DNA of 64,000 bases from Chthoniobacteraceae bacterium (GTDB lineage: Bacteria; Verrucomicrobiota; Verrucomicrobiia; Chthoniobacterales; Chthoniobacteraceae): NCBI GenBank assembly GCA_040081625.1, contig JBEBGD010000001.1, forward strand, positions 1 through 64,000, written 5' to 3'. The translations under genes were made by a program, and so were the position numbers. The notes under the pieces are model-generated. The model was given only the letters and a program-made list of their open reading frames with translations. It made no database searches and had not been told where the DNA came from. Positions 27,101 to 32,013 of the stretch are shown one piece after another. The first letter of the stretch is position 1. Each line of letters starts with the position of its first letter.

Positions 27101-30100
27101 CCGGCACGCTCGTGCTCTCCAATGCTTTGAACGACTACGCCGGGTCCACGACGGTGAGCGGCGGCTTGCTCCGCCTCGGAGCGGCCGATGTGATCCCGGA
27201 CGGCTCCGCGCTGACGGTCGATGGCGGTGCGACTGTCGATATCGTCGGCAACAGTGAGACCGTCGGTTCGCTTGCGGGCGCCGGGCTCGTGCAGAACTCG
27301 GGAGCCGGCGCAATCCTCACGGCTGGCGGGAACGGTGCGAGCACCGTCTTCTCCGGCCAGATGACCGGCTTCACGGCGCTGATCAAAGCTGGCGCTGGCT
27401 CGCTCTCGCTGAGCGGGGCGACGAGCACCTTCACCGGCGGCGTGTTCCTGACCCAGGGTGCCCTCGTGATCGGCGCGAGCAGCGACAGCGGCCCGCTGAC
27501 GCAAGGCCCGCTCGGCACCGGCGCGCTGGTGCTCTCCGATGGCGTGACTATCACCGGCGCCTCCACCAGCGTGGCCAACGCGGTGACGGTCTCGGGCGAC
27601 GTCAGCATCGGCGGCACATCGGCGGGCGATAACCTGACCCTCAGCGGCACCGTGGATCTCGGCGGCAGCACGCGTGCAATCGCGGTGAGCGACGCGGCGG
27701 TGACGGCGACCTTGAGTGGCGCGGTGACCGGAAGCGGCAGCGCTGGATTGACCAAAGCCGGCGCCGGCACCCTGGTGCTCTCCGGCACGGGCAATAGCTG
27801 GACCGGCGACACGACCATCGACGCGGGCATCGTCCGCGTGGGTGCGGTCAACGTCATCCCCGATGGCTCCGGGCTGGCGATCAGCGCCGGCACCTTCGAC
27901 CTCGACGGCAATGCCGAGACGGTCGGGGGCCTGAGCGGCGCCGGCACGGTGACCAACTCCCACGCCACGGCGAATGCGACGCTGACCGTGAACTACAATG
28001 GCGGCACTGACTCGACGTTCTCCGGCCAGATCCTCAATGGCGGCGGCACCGGCATGCTGGACTTCGTCAAGTCCGGCACCGGCAAGCTCATCCTCAGCGG
28101 CACCAACACCTACAAGGGTTCGACCGCGATCAACGGCGGCATCCTCAGCATCGGCGCGAGCAACAACCTCGGTGACTCGACGGTCGCGACGAATACGGTG
28201 TCCATCGATGGCAGCACGCTCGAAGCCACCGGCACGTTCGACCTCGGCGCCAACCGCACGGTCGCGCTCGGCGCCGGCGGGGGCACCATCAAGGTGACCA
28301 CCGGCAACAATCTGACCGTCTCCGGCGTAGTCAGCGGCGCCACGGCGCTGACCAAGACCGACGACGGCACGCTGACCTTGAGCGGTGTGAATATCAATAG
28401 CGGCACGGTCGAGATTTTCGGCGGCACCGTCAGCATCAGCGATAGCACCAATCTCGGTGATAGCTCCGTGGGCAATGATGTGTTGCTCGCCGGCGGCACG
28501 CTGGAAGCCACGGGCACGTTCGGCCTTGGCACCAATCTCGACATCGCGCTCGGCGCCGGCGGCGGCACCATCAAGGTCACTTCGGGCAATCTCCTGATCG
28601 CCTCCGGTGTCGTCAGCGGCTCCACCACGATGACCAAGACTGACGATGGCGTGCTGGTCTTCAGCAACCCGAACACCAACAGCGGTCTGGTGGCGATCAA
28701 TGGTGGCAAGATCAGCATCAGGACGAGCGTCAATCTCGGGGACGAGTCGGCGACCAATACCCTCTCGCTGGCGGGCGGCACACTGCGGAGCCGGGAAGAT
28801 ATCGATCTGACCAGCAATCGCACCGTTGCGCTGGGCGCCGGCGGCGGAACCTTCGAGGTGGACGACATGACGACGATGACCGTCCCGGGCGTGATCAGTG
28901 GCAGTTCTACACTCAGCAAGACCGGCGACGGCACGCTGATCTTGAGCGGCACGAACACCAACAGCGGCCTCGTGGACTTCTCGGCTGGCATCACGGAAAT
29001 CAGCGCCAGCCGCAACCTCGGCGACGAATCGGTGACGAACACCCTCGCGTTCGCGGGGGGCACGCTGAAGAGCACCGGCGCGAGCGTCGATCTCACGAGC
29101 AATCGCTCGGTCGCGCTCAACACGGGCGGCGGCACCTTCCGGGTCACTGGCAGCAACACGCTCACCGTGTCCGGCGCGATCAGCGGCAGCACGGGGCTCA
29201 ACAAGACCGACACCGGCACGCTCGCGCTCTCGGGCGACAACACCGGCTTCGCCGGCGTGATGAATATCAAGGGCGGCACCGTGGTGGTCGGCAGCAGCGA
29301 AAACCTCGGCGGCGCGACGGGCGTGACCTTCGATGGGGCCGGCGCGACGCTGGCCGTGACTGGCACGGGCACGCTGGCGAGCAGTGCAGGGCTGACCTTC
29401 ACGACGAGCGCCACGATCGATGTGGCGGCGAACCGGACGCTCGACTATGCGGGCAGCCTGGGCGGAGCGAGCGGCTTCACCAAGGCCGGCGCTGGCACGA
29501 TGCTCGTCAGCAGCGACAACAGCGCCTACTCGGGCCCGACGACGATCAATGCCGGAACCTTTGGCGGCACGGGCAAGACGGGCGGCGATGTCAATGTTGA
29601 CGCCGCCGGCACCTTCAGCCCCGGCGCGAGCATCGGCACCTTCGCCGTGGGCGGCGGTCTGCTGCTGGCCGACGGCGGGACGTTCCGACTCGAGATCCTC
29701 AGCGATCACGCGACGCTCATCGATTCGATGAACTTCCAGAACACGAGCGACCTGGCCATGGTCACCGGCGCTCTGACCCTGGGCCCGACGACGTTTGCCA
29801 GCCTCGCAGTCAGTGACACGAACGGCGGTGCGAGCACGTTGGTGGAGGGCGACTACCTGACCTTCATCACTTATGCCACCGGGAGTTGGACCGGCGTCTT
29901 CGACGTGCCGGGCTTTGGGAATCTGGCCGACTACGACGTTTCGCAGACGGATCCGGTGTATTTCTATATCAACGGGACCAACTACGCGATCGACTACAAC
30001 TACAGCGATCCGCACTACGCGGGAGTCTCCTCGGTGGCGCTTGTGGTGGTGCCTGAGCCGGGCGCGATGGGATCGCTGGCTGCTGCCGCGGGCCTGCTTC

Positions 30101-30141
30101 TCGGTCTCCAGCGCTTCCGCCGGCGCAACGCGAGGGGCTAG
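6151..30141 (+). CDS. Giant (~7,996 aa) secreted autotransporter-associated beta-strand-repeat protein with PEP-CTERM sorting signal
   Basis: Uninterrupted ORF; ATG 6151 preferred, 6226 is an alternative. Arg-rich N-terminus plus hydrophobic signal (VILSAAVAFFVPQVVKG-A). Roughly 40 LTKxGxGTLxLxxxNTYxGxT-type repeats, G/T/N/S/A-rich. C-terminus is VPEPGAMGSLAAAAGLLLGLQRFRRR; no beta-barrel seen. Confidence 0.92.
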   Translation: MSKPTRQLRQNRASRSRRLSRTKRRMSRVILSAAVAFFVPQVVKGATLIWDADGTSGAPTGGTGLWDQTGSNLWDLAGVMQAWSNAANHIASFGGTAGTVTLGEPITAGGLLFNTTDYTIAGNTLTLGVPSGSPSPVIAVGNRLNATISSSLAGANGLTKVGKGTLTLASAGNTYTGDTVINDGTIVITNENQLGTSTTTISINGIAQTGQPGFSGGQLTVNGVSPTGPVTITREIGVSGRGPGAFNVGGGLLSIGNNVFNGDINIGGPASEARISASHGVTTINGDIYLGASAGNGFFGNGNIIVNGQVSGFDTGTDRFFKTGNIVSSTLWLQNAANDFRETLRIDSGTVRVSDNGALGVSTTSRAIDLNNGRLEIHTDAPNFDTRNVHIRAVTGLIYATRQFDGNGLNQTVNFGNLELENGTLQFDNRNGYGLRINAQDGAGGTTSWSGAGNAAFTNNADGRLTFDGTIRKSDATARTFTVGGNGNTMITGSYLGEGGGAHVLTKNNNGILWIQGTASTYTGATNVNAGTLSIGSFGAINNNAVALNFGATTVTAALEYTGAADTLTKPISLAGTTGGANILANGTGAVTISADFGAGGGGIKTLLLGGTNTDANTISGVIRNNSGTNTTALAKFQSGTWLLTGANGSNANGFTGGITISDGTLQIQDTGGVTDVLKNGGSITFGAHIYDNSAGGTFEYLGDGANASAETVGTLSALAGAGTVKVTAGAGGTAALTFSSLGAVSAGGGIDFITNAGGSVVLTAAGDTNGILNAHLFINGADFASGSAVTAATYTLADTGASLTAGNTTPYLVNTMDIGAQATASINAGIKFNDTRNFTLASGATVTLNNGGGAVSGGILVTGGSSVVISGGTGITSGGAADLVFRTDGPGDSLTLNTPIAATTTGGWTKLGAGALVIGAANANTTAGAVNINEGTVQLATGAKLGADSIDVNLRQGATLDLNGVNLGTVASGVGSLDFLNGAGIITNSAAATVSSIRVGNANTSSLFTGTISDGAGQVALVKNGSGSFRLQGAQNFSGGVTITGGNLYVTSLANYGDPSGIGTGLGVSNADSLVFNGGSLFFTGSDGTFYQPTDTPSVSINRLFTLAGNGTIYSQGRFGGPNRENVASGSSLVFNNPGDVAFSGAGTRDLQLRGDSTGDNEMNLRLTNNPNANEALSLTKQDASLWILTNAGNDYTGNTTIINGVLRVGEDVLAARTMPTTSALVLGSTTGTGVLQTKGLFDRPISPTTTPVAGSVTWNSNLTTGGGGFAASTAPLVVNLGGAGATLQWGGTDGFLPTGTGNGARLFLSSNTSWADVDFQNGIDLNGAKRTVQVDDNGFTGLDYATISGNIIDTGVGGALDFTGGGPLILTGANSYTGDTRILSSGTLIVSSIGNATGTTSSSIGASGGTLRLTGNTTVQLAYVGAGETATRPIVIDAALSASRTFRIDSGGSGPLVLTDLTNNKTGAFLLLLELRGQNTDANMITSVLGNGLAGSGATGTRVTKTDGGTWILNPTSGPNTFSDELVAASGSLGLTADGIGSASLLRFSNASIFAFGGPLVTSVPVFVNNNTNAGFVGPNSITLNGDFSKVAGVNDIPVTNSMDSGAVLTINGNYINLQTTAGTRLLQMRGFGDTVWNGLIQDNSATSLTRLDIRIGDNANFTLGGDNKAAALGMTGGLVLGQGTLIVNHAGGLGPVANIVDLSGGRFTSAIELSGASAIQNLVRLSGDQATIAGSQNIELAGAVALMNSGANRFLLNELIPGKTLTISGALSLSNDNTGRTLTVRGSGVTQITGVVQNGGTGNGGLAFSGIGSLELTNAATATGALTVNRELVILSGANGSWNNGGFTLNPTGIIRLDNSGGNNVMGRLSNSSTFTGQGGTLDIIGFTGGSSHSAGALTINSVQTYITVDDDDGTGPGTAPVDLTFASLNFTNSGSSLNLIGVPSLGTTNKVLVGTFAGSANPAVVGGNIMTRAFIGNDFATYDAVDGMKAFTGYDGTNNLAFLAPVQTTTTGSRTSASAIVTLPDTTGVTPFMAITGGGIPAGTYVVSVDSPTQLTLSQNATSTSAGAANFIVNEIHVMNLTANVNLSAESTRDALKINGNALTVSGSNNSTLTLTGAAILNTGGDNTLSIPQVSFTTGPVAYIQVAAGTTLDVGSTLIGGNSWAKAQGGTLMLNTPTFITGTTNILNGTVVLNAPVNAMFPNQLLNINAGATLDLNGNVQFSGYLLDPGVLPGTGGSITTTGGPALLVANQSTSATFASVISGAVSYAKLGASTLTLESVQTYTGTTTLMGGTLALQDEASISATSSIQIRNATLLLNNNGSLQTSVSDRINDATPIALRDGTLNFTGKVQDMTTETLGAVSVFKGANTITVNTGGIGSGAIATAQLTIASLTRSPGTTINFTGTNLGAEGNNSKLIITTPLTPVGKGVLGAWAIGNTSEYAAYNQTNGVGWVGYGGFVGYDAGFAPGNITSLGMSAATDVTTTLPAGTATTSLLRFHGGFVNNLEFTNPTDVLNLELGGILRSNNNNPATIGTPAVPGVISSGTSELVVYNNQNTITINAVIQGATALVKSGAATLTLTNANTYTLGTTVAQGTLRLEGGLFTTVVPAGGLQINNAVVTMVTNNGQIDATNIVTLTGSSTLTLAGGAGLDNTLNSLVFDNTAGTSTPTVSIPTGSVLTLTSSTPVTVTTNNALTLPTITGGTLAISSGVNTISVEAPNIDGRVYTGIHRALNIASVITGIGSSITKSGEGLVQLSGQSTFTGGINVTGGGLVLGTSSTGTTANSLASGPLGRGDVTMATGTRLFVDDNTRTVANAFSFASDPIFDNIGTSTDTLTVNGNLTFATLGTTGLVVNIATPYLNVVLGGKIIGLGSVTAIGGATGANTITKAGIGNIPGLNITGISPTATINIEGLTNLNSFTLLHDGDGTSSVEAINLGTVTFEPVNGLNLSLTIGRAGSGLYFPLSAYKTLALTGLTSSVLPNGITLANNNNYGLNIPDNITLASGNNWTVNNANTSLQPVGLTLSGIIGGSQALTMSGNGVMKLANAANSFIGTINITNGTVEAGADGAFGDSANVIQIGSNSLAEGLRISATFGTSRTINLNAASSGIDVTGSNVFTLNTAFTTTTATNALRKNDLGTLVLTQAQPGWDGVLTIGQGVLRITDGAALGTATGNLVIANVGASLELPGGITVADAIQIASTNNSSSNGVNASGAIHSTGGINTLTGAITIDTTTTDANSRSGTLTADLGSTLNVEGGIVLGIGTAGSNRDNWVGFGGAGTINLTTTAITHTGNLVADGLATLTKFGSGTLNIQLANAYTGDRVVVKTGTLSLNGPGTFGVPGAGGGTGDVYLNPTGLLVLDNSGTAVDNRLTGRNINISGADLTIIGNSSAPTSETVGTFTLREGTSYFTLDADPDSQLNFTTGAVTRSAQATLVVRGDNLGAAAAAGVATIKGGAYVFIGQLGDSGTTNKSILPWAYGDTSLTGEGTFFLTADSAAAAANTAANSLRALTGAEQTTDFTSALANVNLSSTEALSSLTTVNSLRLGSGGGVLLNYVPLTLDSGGLIVLGGNTGITGFSGVSYLTSTSNREINIHTVGDLTLTVPIAGTTGTVTKSGPGTLTLTAGNTNHGTVMVNDGILKLGGGDQTILPGRQIYVNEGGVLDLNGTVQQVILLESRQSAVLARNDAHFGGGTVINSAGTQATLAMTTASSIFAGSIQGNIAVVRSNNANTSSDWNLYVDQPYTGPTLYNGGRVILQDTASLSGTTAIELSNATFLITSNNNATEASNLTDRINDAATISLRGGMLQLRSRAALYTTETFGAVTLGEGNSIIDFAEGGSNVNQVDATFASFSRAPGSRGTVRFVNIDAQPSGLQRIFITTLNGSSTASIGGGLTNDLIGGWATFEREFASYIPGQGVGGLTTQGFAGYAPNVLDEGLATDNIRIVLPVAGSTTTLTGDRTVNSLNMQAPSTSTDDSTLDLGGNTLTLASGGLILSPVSTTALFNNIAVLNGNLTAGTTASPADLYLHAQAWFNGQVDLTGNADVRIGANIVDNGAGGPVTLVIDGATGRGAAFVATNDVFLNGSNTYTGGTFVNAGQVQLNNPSAEGVNVFAIPGDLTIAGGYGNNSGALFNDRTTTVLLNFDSQINETATVTIMGGGILNLNGNNQTIANLVFNNHGGTVPQVTSGTGKLTVTGSGITASGQNVSVNATSTIDGGLAFTAATTTITVHPVEWNGTTLNPILPNLIVNAAIEGGDIIKDGNGVLRLSGANAWTGNFDLQTGGLLLGNNTVLSAGTLTIGNNTFLSSTADNRVIPNNFTVTGDFALRDVFSLTLNGASTLAAGNHNINVEAAAKTLTLGGILDGAGSITKTGNGILVLSNNSNSYSGATTVNDGVLSYGGVDAVPTGTALSVSEGALVDITGGGSAVTVGSLASNSATQGGVIINTAASGTVNFTAGNSTNTGFGGVMAAIGGATFNFVKTGTGTLTLGGANQYNGSTTVVNGRLVAKAVGGSSPLGTSQSLIMGGGSTSGTLQLGDSAAALDHTFTSLASAGTGTANRIVSGNSGMSTLTLNLPAISVFSGNIGGAGLDEGNLNLVKDGPRSLVINGSGTSTYVGTTTVAGGKLFMASTGAFPAMTTNLTVADDAQFALTGTSNVANQVYGFSGAGNVVTVGTTTGGTLGFGIDGGFNTKISLPTTQTLTANGTMTTAVYVNGTPSAASYVLIDGADLNSLAGTFDLNPYVFNGGAFTYALAIGGTAQQLILTPTAATAAADAYWKGDLTGLGTAVWSATLSGTSNWDTGLATSVDTQVAPDSGTIVHFTASGAANFDTTLGSNMTIESLIFHTANPATTIASSNGVNTLTLGNGVDTPSLTIETGAANVAISAIVGLPQSQSWNIEDAGRTLTLSGGLTGTGVTLTVNDTATVPGDLVFSGTAGTIAGVININAGNLIFEGTGSLSSNANVALGTAATAATLKVGNATAATNATIGGLSNGAFAGSKVIGGNATISTLSIGAASGSATFTGALGGGGANENNFNLEKTGGGTQILDGAATYTGTTVVRDGILQLGPVSTFTPVGAVTVTADANTTATFDLNGKNYTAVGDLTLGGGVNGIAQFLDTALIQGTLTLPGNIVFNATNDPGQAVIGVNIDASGGSSTITVGDSVNAAADLTLNGTYTVTSNNSLSFAGAGSGVINGDISILNGAGTTKDVNFNSTGTWTVNAKIQVTDTISVNTGVVNATAALSLDAVNDIVIDGTGTQGSAIVNISAASQVHTGDDIFIRNGGQINVLTTGGIGTGTDLLNVGDTASTTAGSAALLNLVSANIAPTQILVGNGTNIGNITGTGIITTTGNKDIRHGSIGSGITLAGNGQIFKQTTGTLVFSGDRDVASTGNVNVREGDLVLDYTTNNNSKIGRVLLLGLGALQTNASLILNGNASAPTVDSVTSTTILQGATTVALNNDPSQTLTLDLGNAFTRTVTGGAVLFEYSTTDAKATSTSPAGALGWATVKIGAGLRRIAAVDGSGDIVQATLAPENDPTLWVAGQNIINSGNFTGIADACSTISSLTFAAATASTLNIASGARFGITSGGILVDPGLGAVDMRITGGELYGNVSNTPGEFMVHQNNTLGSLIIASNIIESSGITKTGVGTLILSGNNSFLPTGSQITINAGKVQATGGNAIGDTTNIQLRAGTTLELTTSAEVIGNILDESSGTIALGTSGQLTINETANADYRGVFTGGTNSVLTLNAINSTGTTFNWNVTGQSTTGFVGSVNVNNGLLQLSTSTGRLANAKAFTINKGGSLLIDDTTTSRSGDRILNTATIALNSADGVSNGVTQPRGLWIRTDQDGTLDETVGVVTANSGASYVTMESTSANDDSDIIMTNLVRANNATLNVRGTNLGSTNATNNQFRIGNAGNQTSFISLALVGGGGAAASQSVSIVPWAIGETYTAGISATINMGNSLVTYVSGAGIRPLDLTTEYDTLALAAANENARESLTADPAAIAGKTINSLVINKNSTGAGTISVTGTGAGQTMINTSGTFLFTQNTGAAASSVHGIVLSGFDGGIQTGGSEYVMFVVNPSSAANTATLTAAVASPLNTVGAALTKSGRGTLEIGAVNTYGGGTTINEGAILLHANANLGGGAVTLSGGTLQIAVDYVDDLGGLTTPTLNVLSGGGTIDTGAITVVATGLGITGSAGSALTKIGTGILQLAGGTASTFTGDFGVRRGTLELNKTPGVNGIGGGNLLIGFSTTASETGTVKLLADNQIADSTNVSVRSNTTGAVGTLDLNTHADTIGSLTMGTTTGSGVLVRTGAGGVLTVTGDITLSNDRNTNDTGTNPRGVLITGTGTTGVAAPNSGTLNLGGGIRTITVQPNSLTVATTVGKPDALIETIVTNGGIIKEGSRVLFLSGTNTYAGSTTINNGAISISSADGLGDGSATNTIAINNGGILQTTGASVDLGVNRTISLGGSGGSLEVTGSNLLTAPGVISGVDCAVLAKIGTGTLMLTGANNYDGTTSVLEGILNIQNSAALGTTVMGTSVASGATLQLEGGITIGAEALTLSGNGAAGQNGALVNVSGTNEFGGPIMLGTTSTIASDSGMLSLTDAGTITGAGFNLFLTGAGDGAIGSGIATTTGAVSKAGAGTWTLSGTNTYTGFTAITAGTLQFANRVSLYNATPANWVDTNILVAPGATAAFNVGGATEFTSADIGIIAALGSPFGGFSSGSSLALDTTNASGGNFDHSAVIADPNAGANTLNLVKLGAGRLTLLGANSYTGTTTVNSGVLRVGAAGVIPDGSALTINASAAFDLAGFNETIGSLAGSGLVQNSLPGAAILTAGGNGANTVFSGQITDNTALVKIGTGELSLTGSTSTFTGGVTVNGGSLSIGASSDSNPLTAGPLGTGTLTIADAVTIIGAATSVANAVNLNGSVTIGGTTAADDLTLGGTTTLVGAGVHTLTVTAAGVTTTISGQVTGPGDLAKAGAGTLVLSNALNDYAGSTTVSGGLLRLGAADVIPDGSALTVDGGATVDIVGNSETVGSLAGAGLVQNSGAGAILTAGGNGASTVFSGQMTGFTALIKAGAGSLSLSGATSTFTGGVFLTQGALVIGASSDSGPLTQGPLGTGALVLSDGVTITGASTSVANAVTVSGDVSIGGTSAGDNLTLSGTVDLGGSTRAIAVSDAAVTATLSGAVTGSGSAGLTKAGAGTLVLSGTGNSWTGDTTIDAGIVRVGAVNVIPDGSGLAISAGTFDLDGNAETVGGLSGAGTVTNSHATANATLTVNYNGGTDSTFSGQILNGGGTGMLDFVKSGTGKLILSGTNTYKGSTAINGGILSIGASNNLGDSTVATNTVSIDGSTLEATGTFDLGANRTVALGAGGGTIKVTTGNNLTVSGVVSGATALTKTDDGTLTLSGVNINSGTVEIFGGTVSISDSTNLGDSSVGNDVLLAGGTLEATGTFGLGTNLDIALGAGGGTIKVTSGNLLIASGVVSGSTTMTKTDDGVLVFSNPNTNSGLVAINGGKISIRTSVNLGDESATNTLSLAGGTLRSREDIDLTSNRTVALGAGGGTFEVDDMTTMTVPGVISGSSTLSKTGDGTLILSGTNTNSGLVDFSAGITEISASRNLGDESVTNTLAFAGGTLKSTGASVDLTSNRSVALNTGGGTFRVTGSNTLTVSGAISGSTGLNKTDTGTLALSGDNTGFAGVMNIKGGTVVVGSSENLGGATGVTFDGAGATLAVTGTGTLASSAGLTFTTSATIDVAANRTLDYAGSLGGASGFTKAGAGTMLVSSDNSAYSGPTTINAGTFGGTGKTGGDVNVDAAGTFSPGASIGTFAVGGGLLLADGGTFRLEILSDHATLIDSMNFQNTSDLAMVTGALTLGPTTFASLAVSDTNGGASTLVEGDYLTFITYATGSWTGVFDVPGFGNLADYDVSQTDPVYFYINGTNYAIDYNYSDPHYAGVSSVALVVVPEPGAMGSLAAAAGLLLGLQRFRRRNARG
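26440..28100 (+). repeat. Intragenic 663-bp (221-aa) tandem repeat, ~2.5 copies
   Basis: The VIPDGS motif starts at 26527, 27190 and 27853 (663-bp spacing). Copies 1 and 2 share IGASSDS.PLT.GPLGTG and TSVANAV. Confidence 0.85.
28100..29300 (+). repeat. Intragenic ~282-285-bp (94-95-aa) tandem repeat, 4 copies
   Basis: The NLGD motif occurs at 28165, 28450, 28732 and 29014, each followed by [VI]AL..GGGT and K.T[DG][DT]G.L. Confidence 0.85.
30049..30141 (+). other. PEP-CTERM protein-sorting motif
   Basis: VPEP, then a hydrophobic helix, then the basic tail QRFRRRNARG-stop. Confidence 0.93.
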
Positions 30142-30204
30142 ATGACGCTCAGCCGACCGACAGTCGAAGGTTGGCAGGTCCCGAGAAACCGGCGACGCTT
30201 CGGA

Positions 30205-31239
30205 ATGAAGCTCTCTGAAGTCATCCGTGCGCAGCCCCGATGGGTGCTGCTCATCGAATCGCTGGCGCTCCTGCTGGCGATCGGCTTCGTGGATACGGAA
30301 ACGGGCTGGGAGTGGAGCATGTTCGCTTTTTATGCGGTGCCGATTCTCATGGCCGTCTGGTTTGTGGACCGATCGTCGGGCGTCGCCTTCGCGGTGCTCG
30401 GTGCGCTGATTTGGTGGCTCGCTAACAAGACCGAGCATCCGTATCAAAGCACTTTGGGCTATCAAATGGCGACGTTCAGCCGGCTGGTCTATTTTCTCTT
30501 CGTCGCCATCGGCGGGGCGGCCTTGAAGACCCACCGCGACGCGGACCGCGCGCGCATCACGGCGATGGAACGGACGCGGCAGCTCGAGGAGGAAATTGTT
30601 CGGGTGACCGAGCGCGAGCAGCAGCGCATCGGTCGCGACCTGCACGACGGGCTCTGCCAGTATCTCGCCGCGGTCGGTATTTCGGCGAAGTCCCTGGCCG
30701 ACGACCTCGCGCACGAATCGGCACCGCACGCCAAAGAGGCGAGAGAGATCGAGGGTCTTCTCAAGGAGGCCGTCTCGCAGGCCCGGAGCCTGGCGCGCGG
30801 CATCTTCCCGGTGCAGATGGATGGCGCGGGACTTTCCATCGCGCTGGACGAGATGGTCGGTGTGACCCGGCGACTCGCGTCGATGAATGTGCGGTTTGAG
30901 GAAACGGGCGACACCCACATCGCGGACCCGGTCATCGGGACCCAGCTCTACCGCATCGCCCAGGAGGCGCTCAGCAACGCCATGAAACACAGCGGCGCGA
31001 ATCGGATCGTCGTCTCGCTGCACGGGGAGGATGGAGCGATCCGACTCGTCATCTCCGACGACGGAAAGGGATTTCCGGGCAAGCCAGAATCGAGTTCCGG
31101 TCTCGGCCTGGGCACCATGCGGTATCGGGCGCATTCGATCGGCGCGGATTTCGACATTGCATCCAGCGCGAAAGACGGGACGCGTATCATGTGCAAAGCT
31201 CCGCTCGCTCAACCGAAAGCTCGTGAAGCCCATGCCTGA
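30205..31239 (+). CDS. Membrane sensor histidine kinase (HisKA_3/NarX-UhpB type)
   Basis: About 4 N-terminal TM segments; H-box EREQQRIGRDLHDGLCQ; N-box RIAQEALSNAMKHS; DDGKGF and GLGL boxes. Alternative ATG at 30142. Confidence 0.9.
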   Translation: MKLSEVIRAQPRWVLLIESLALLLAIGFVDTETGWEWSMFAFYAVPILMAVWFVDRSSGVAFAVLGALIWWLANKTEHPYQSTLGYQMATFSRLVYFLFVAIGGAALKTHRDADRARITAMERTRQLEEEIVRVTEREQQRIGRDLHDGLCQYLAAVGISAKSLADDLAHESAPHAKEAREIEGLLKEAVSQARSLARGIFPVQMDGAGLSIALDEMVGVTRRLASMNVRFEETGDTHIADPVIGTQLYRIAQEALSNAMKHSGANRIVVSLHGEDGAIRLVISDDGKGFPGKPESSSGLGLGTMRYRAHSIGADFDIASSAKDGTRIMCKAPLAQPKAREAHA

Positions 31240-31909
31240 CACATCGACACCCGCAAAGCGAAAGGTCCTCCTCGTCGAGGATCATCCGATGTTCCGCGAA
31301 CGGCTCGCGCACCTCATCAACAAGGAGCTGGGCATGACCGTCTGCGGAGAGACCGACAACATCCGCGAGGCGATGGAGATCATCACCGCCACGAAGCCGG
31401 ACGTCGCCATCGTGGACATCACCCTGCGCGGGTCCAGTGGGCTGGAGTTGATCAAGGATATCAAGGCCCAGGGCCTTTCGCTTCCCGTGCTCGTGCTCTC
31501 GATGCACGAGGAGGACCTCTACGCCGAGCGCGCTCTCCACGCGGGGGCGCAGGGCTATATCTCGAAAAACGAGGCTTCCTCGGAAGTCATCGAGGCCATC
31601 CAGAAAGTGCTCGCGGGCGACGTTTACGTGAGCAGCCGCGTGACTTCCCGCATCCTCCAGCGCATCGGCAAGATGGGCGATCGTGCCGACAAATCCGCCA
31701 TCGAACTTCTCTCGGATCGAGAACTGGAAGTCTTCCAGCTCGCCGGGCGCGGGATGAACAGCCGCGAGATCGCCAAGGAACTCAACCTCAGCGAAGGCAC
31801 CATCGACAGCTACCGCTTCCGCATCCGGCAAAAGCTCAACTTCAGCAGCTCGGCGGATTTCTACCGGCAGGCGGCGCAGTGGGTCGCCGAGCAGCAGCAA
31901 AAACACTGA
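31232..31909 (+). CDS. NarL/LuxR-family response regulator
   Basis: VLLVEDHP, phosphoacceptor IVDITL, GYISK, LuxR HTH LSDRELEVFQL...IAKELNLSEGTIDSYR. ATG overlaps the 3' end of the kinase gene. Confidence 0.93.
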   Translation: MPDTSTPAKRKVLLVEDHPMFRERLAHLINKELGMTVCGETDNIREAMEIITATKPDVAIVDITLRGSSGLELIKDIKAQGLSLPVLVLSMHEEDLYAERALHAGAQGYISKNEASSEVIEAIQKVLAGDVYVSSRVTSRILQRIGKMGDRADKSAIELLSDRELEVFQLAGRGMNSREIAKELNLSEGTIDSYRFRIRQKLNFSSSADFYRQAAQWVAEQQQKH

Positions 31910-32013
31910 CGGGCGGCCGGAGCTGAAAATCCCGCCAAAGTGGGCGTGAAGTTCTGCGTTGTAGAAATTGGGCATTTCTCTGTATTCTCGGAGTGCCCAT
32001 TTCCTTCCCACCG

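Noticed and set aside
24187..31242. 2351-aa minus-strand ORF, and similar long antisense ORFs (3212-5914, 11680-14934, 16579-18696, 32217-35021, 53939-56824, 57002-60673)
   Set aside because: They mirror well-supported + strand genes, are R/A/G/D-rich and have no motifs. Stop-poor antisense frames are expected with strong GC codon bias.
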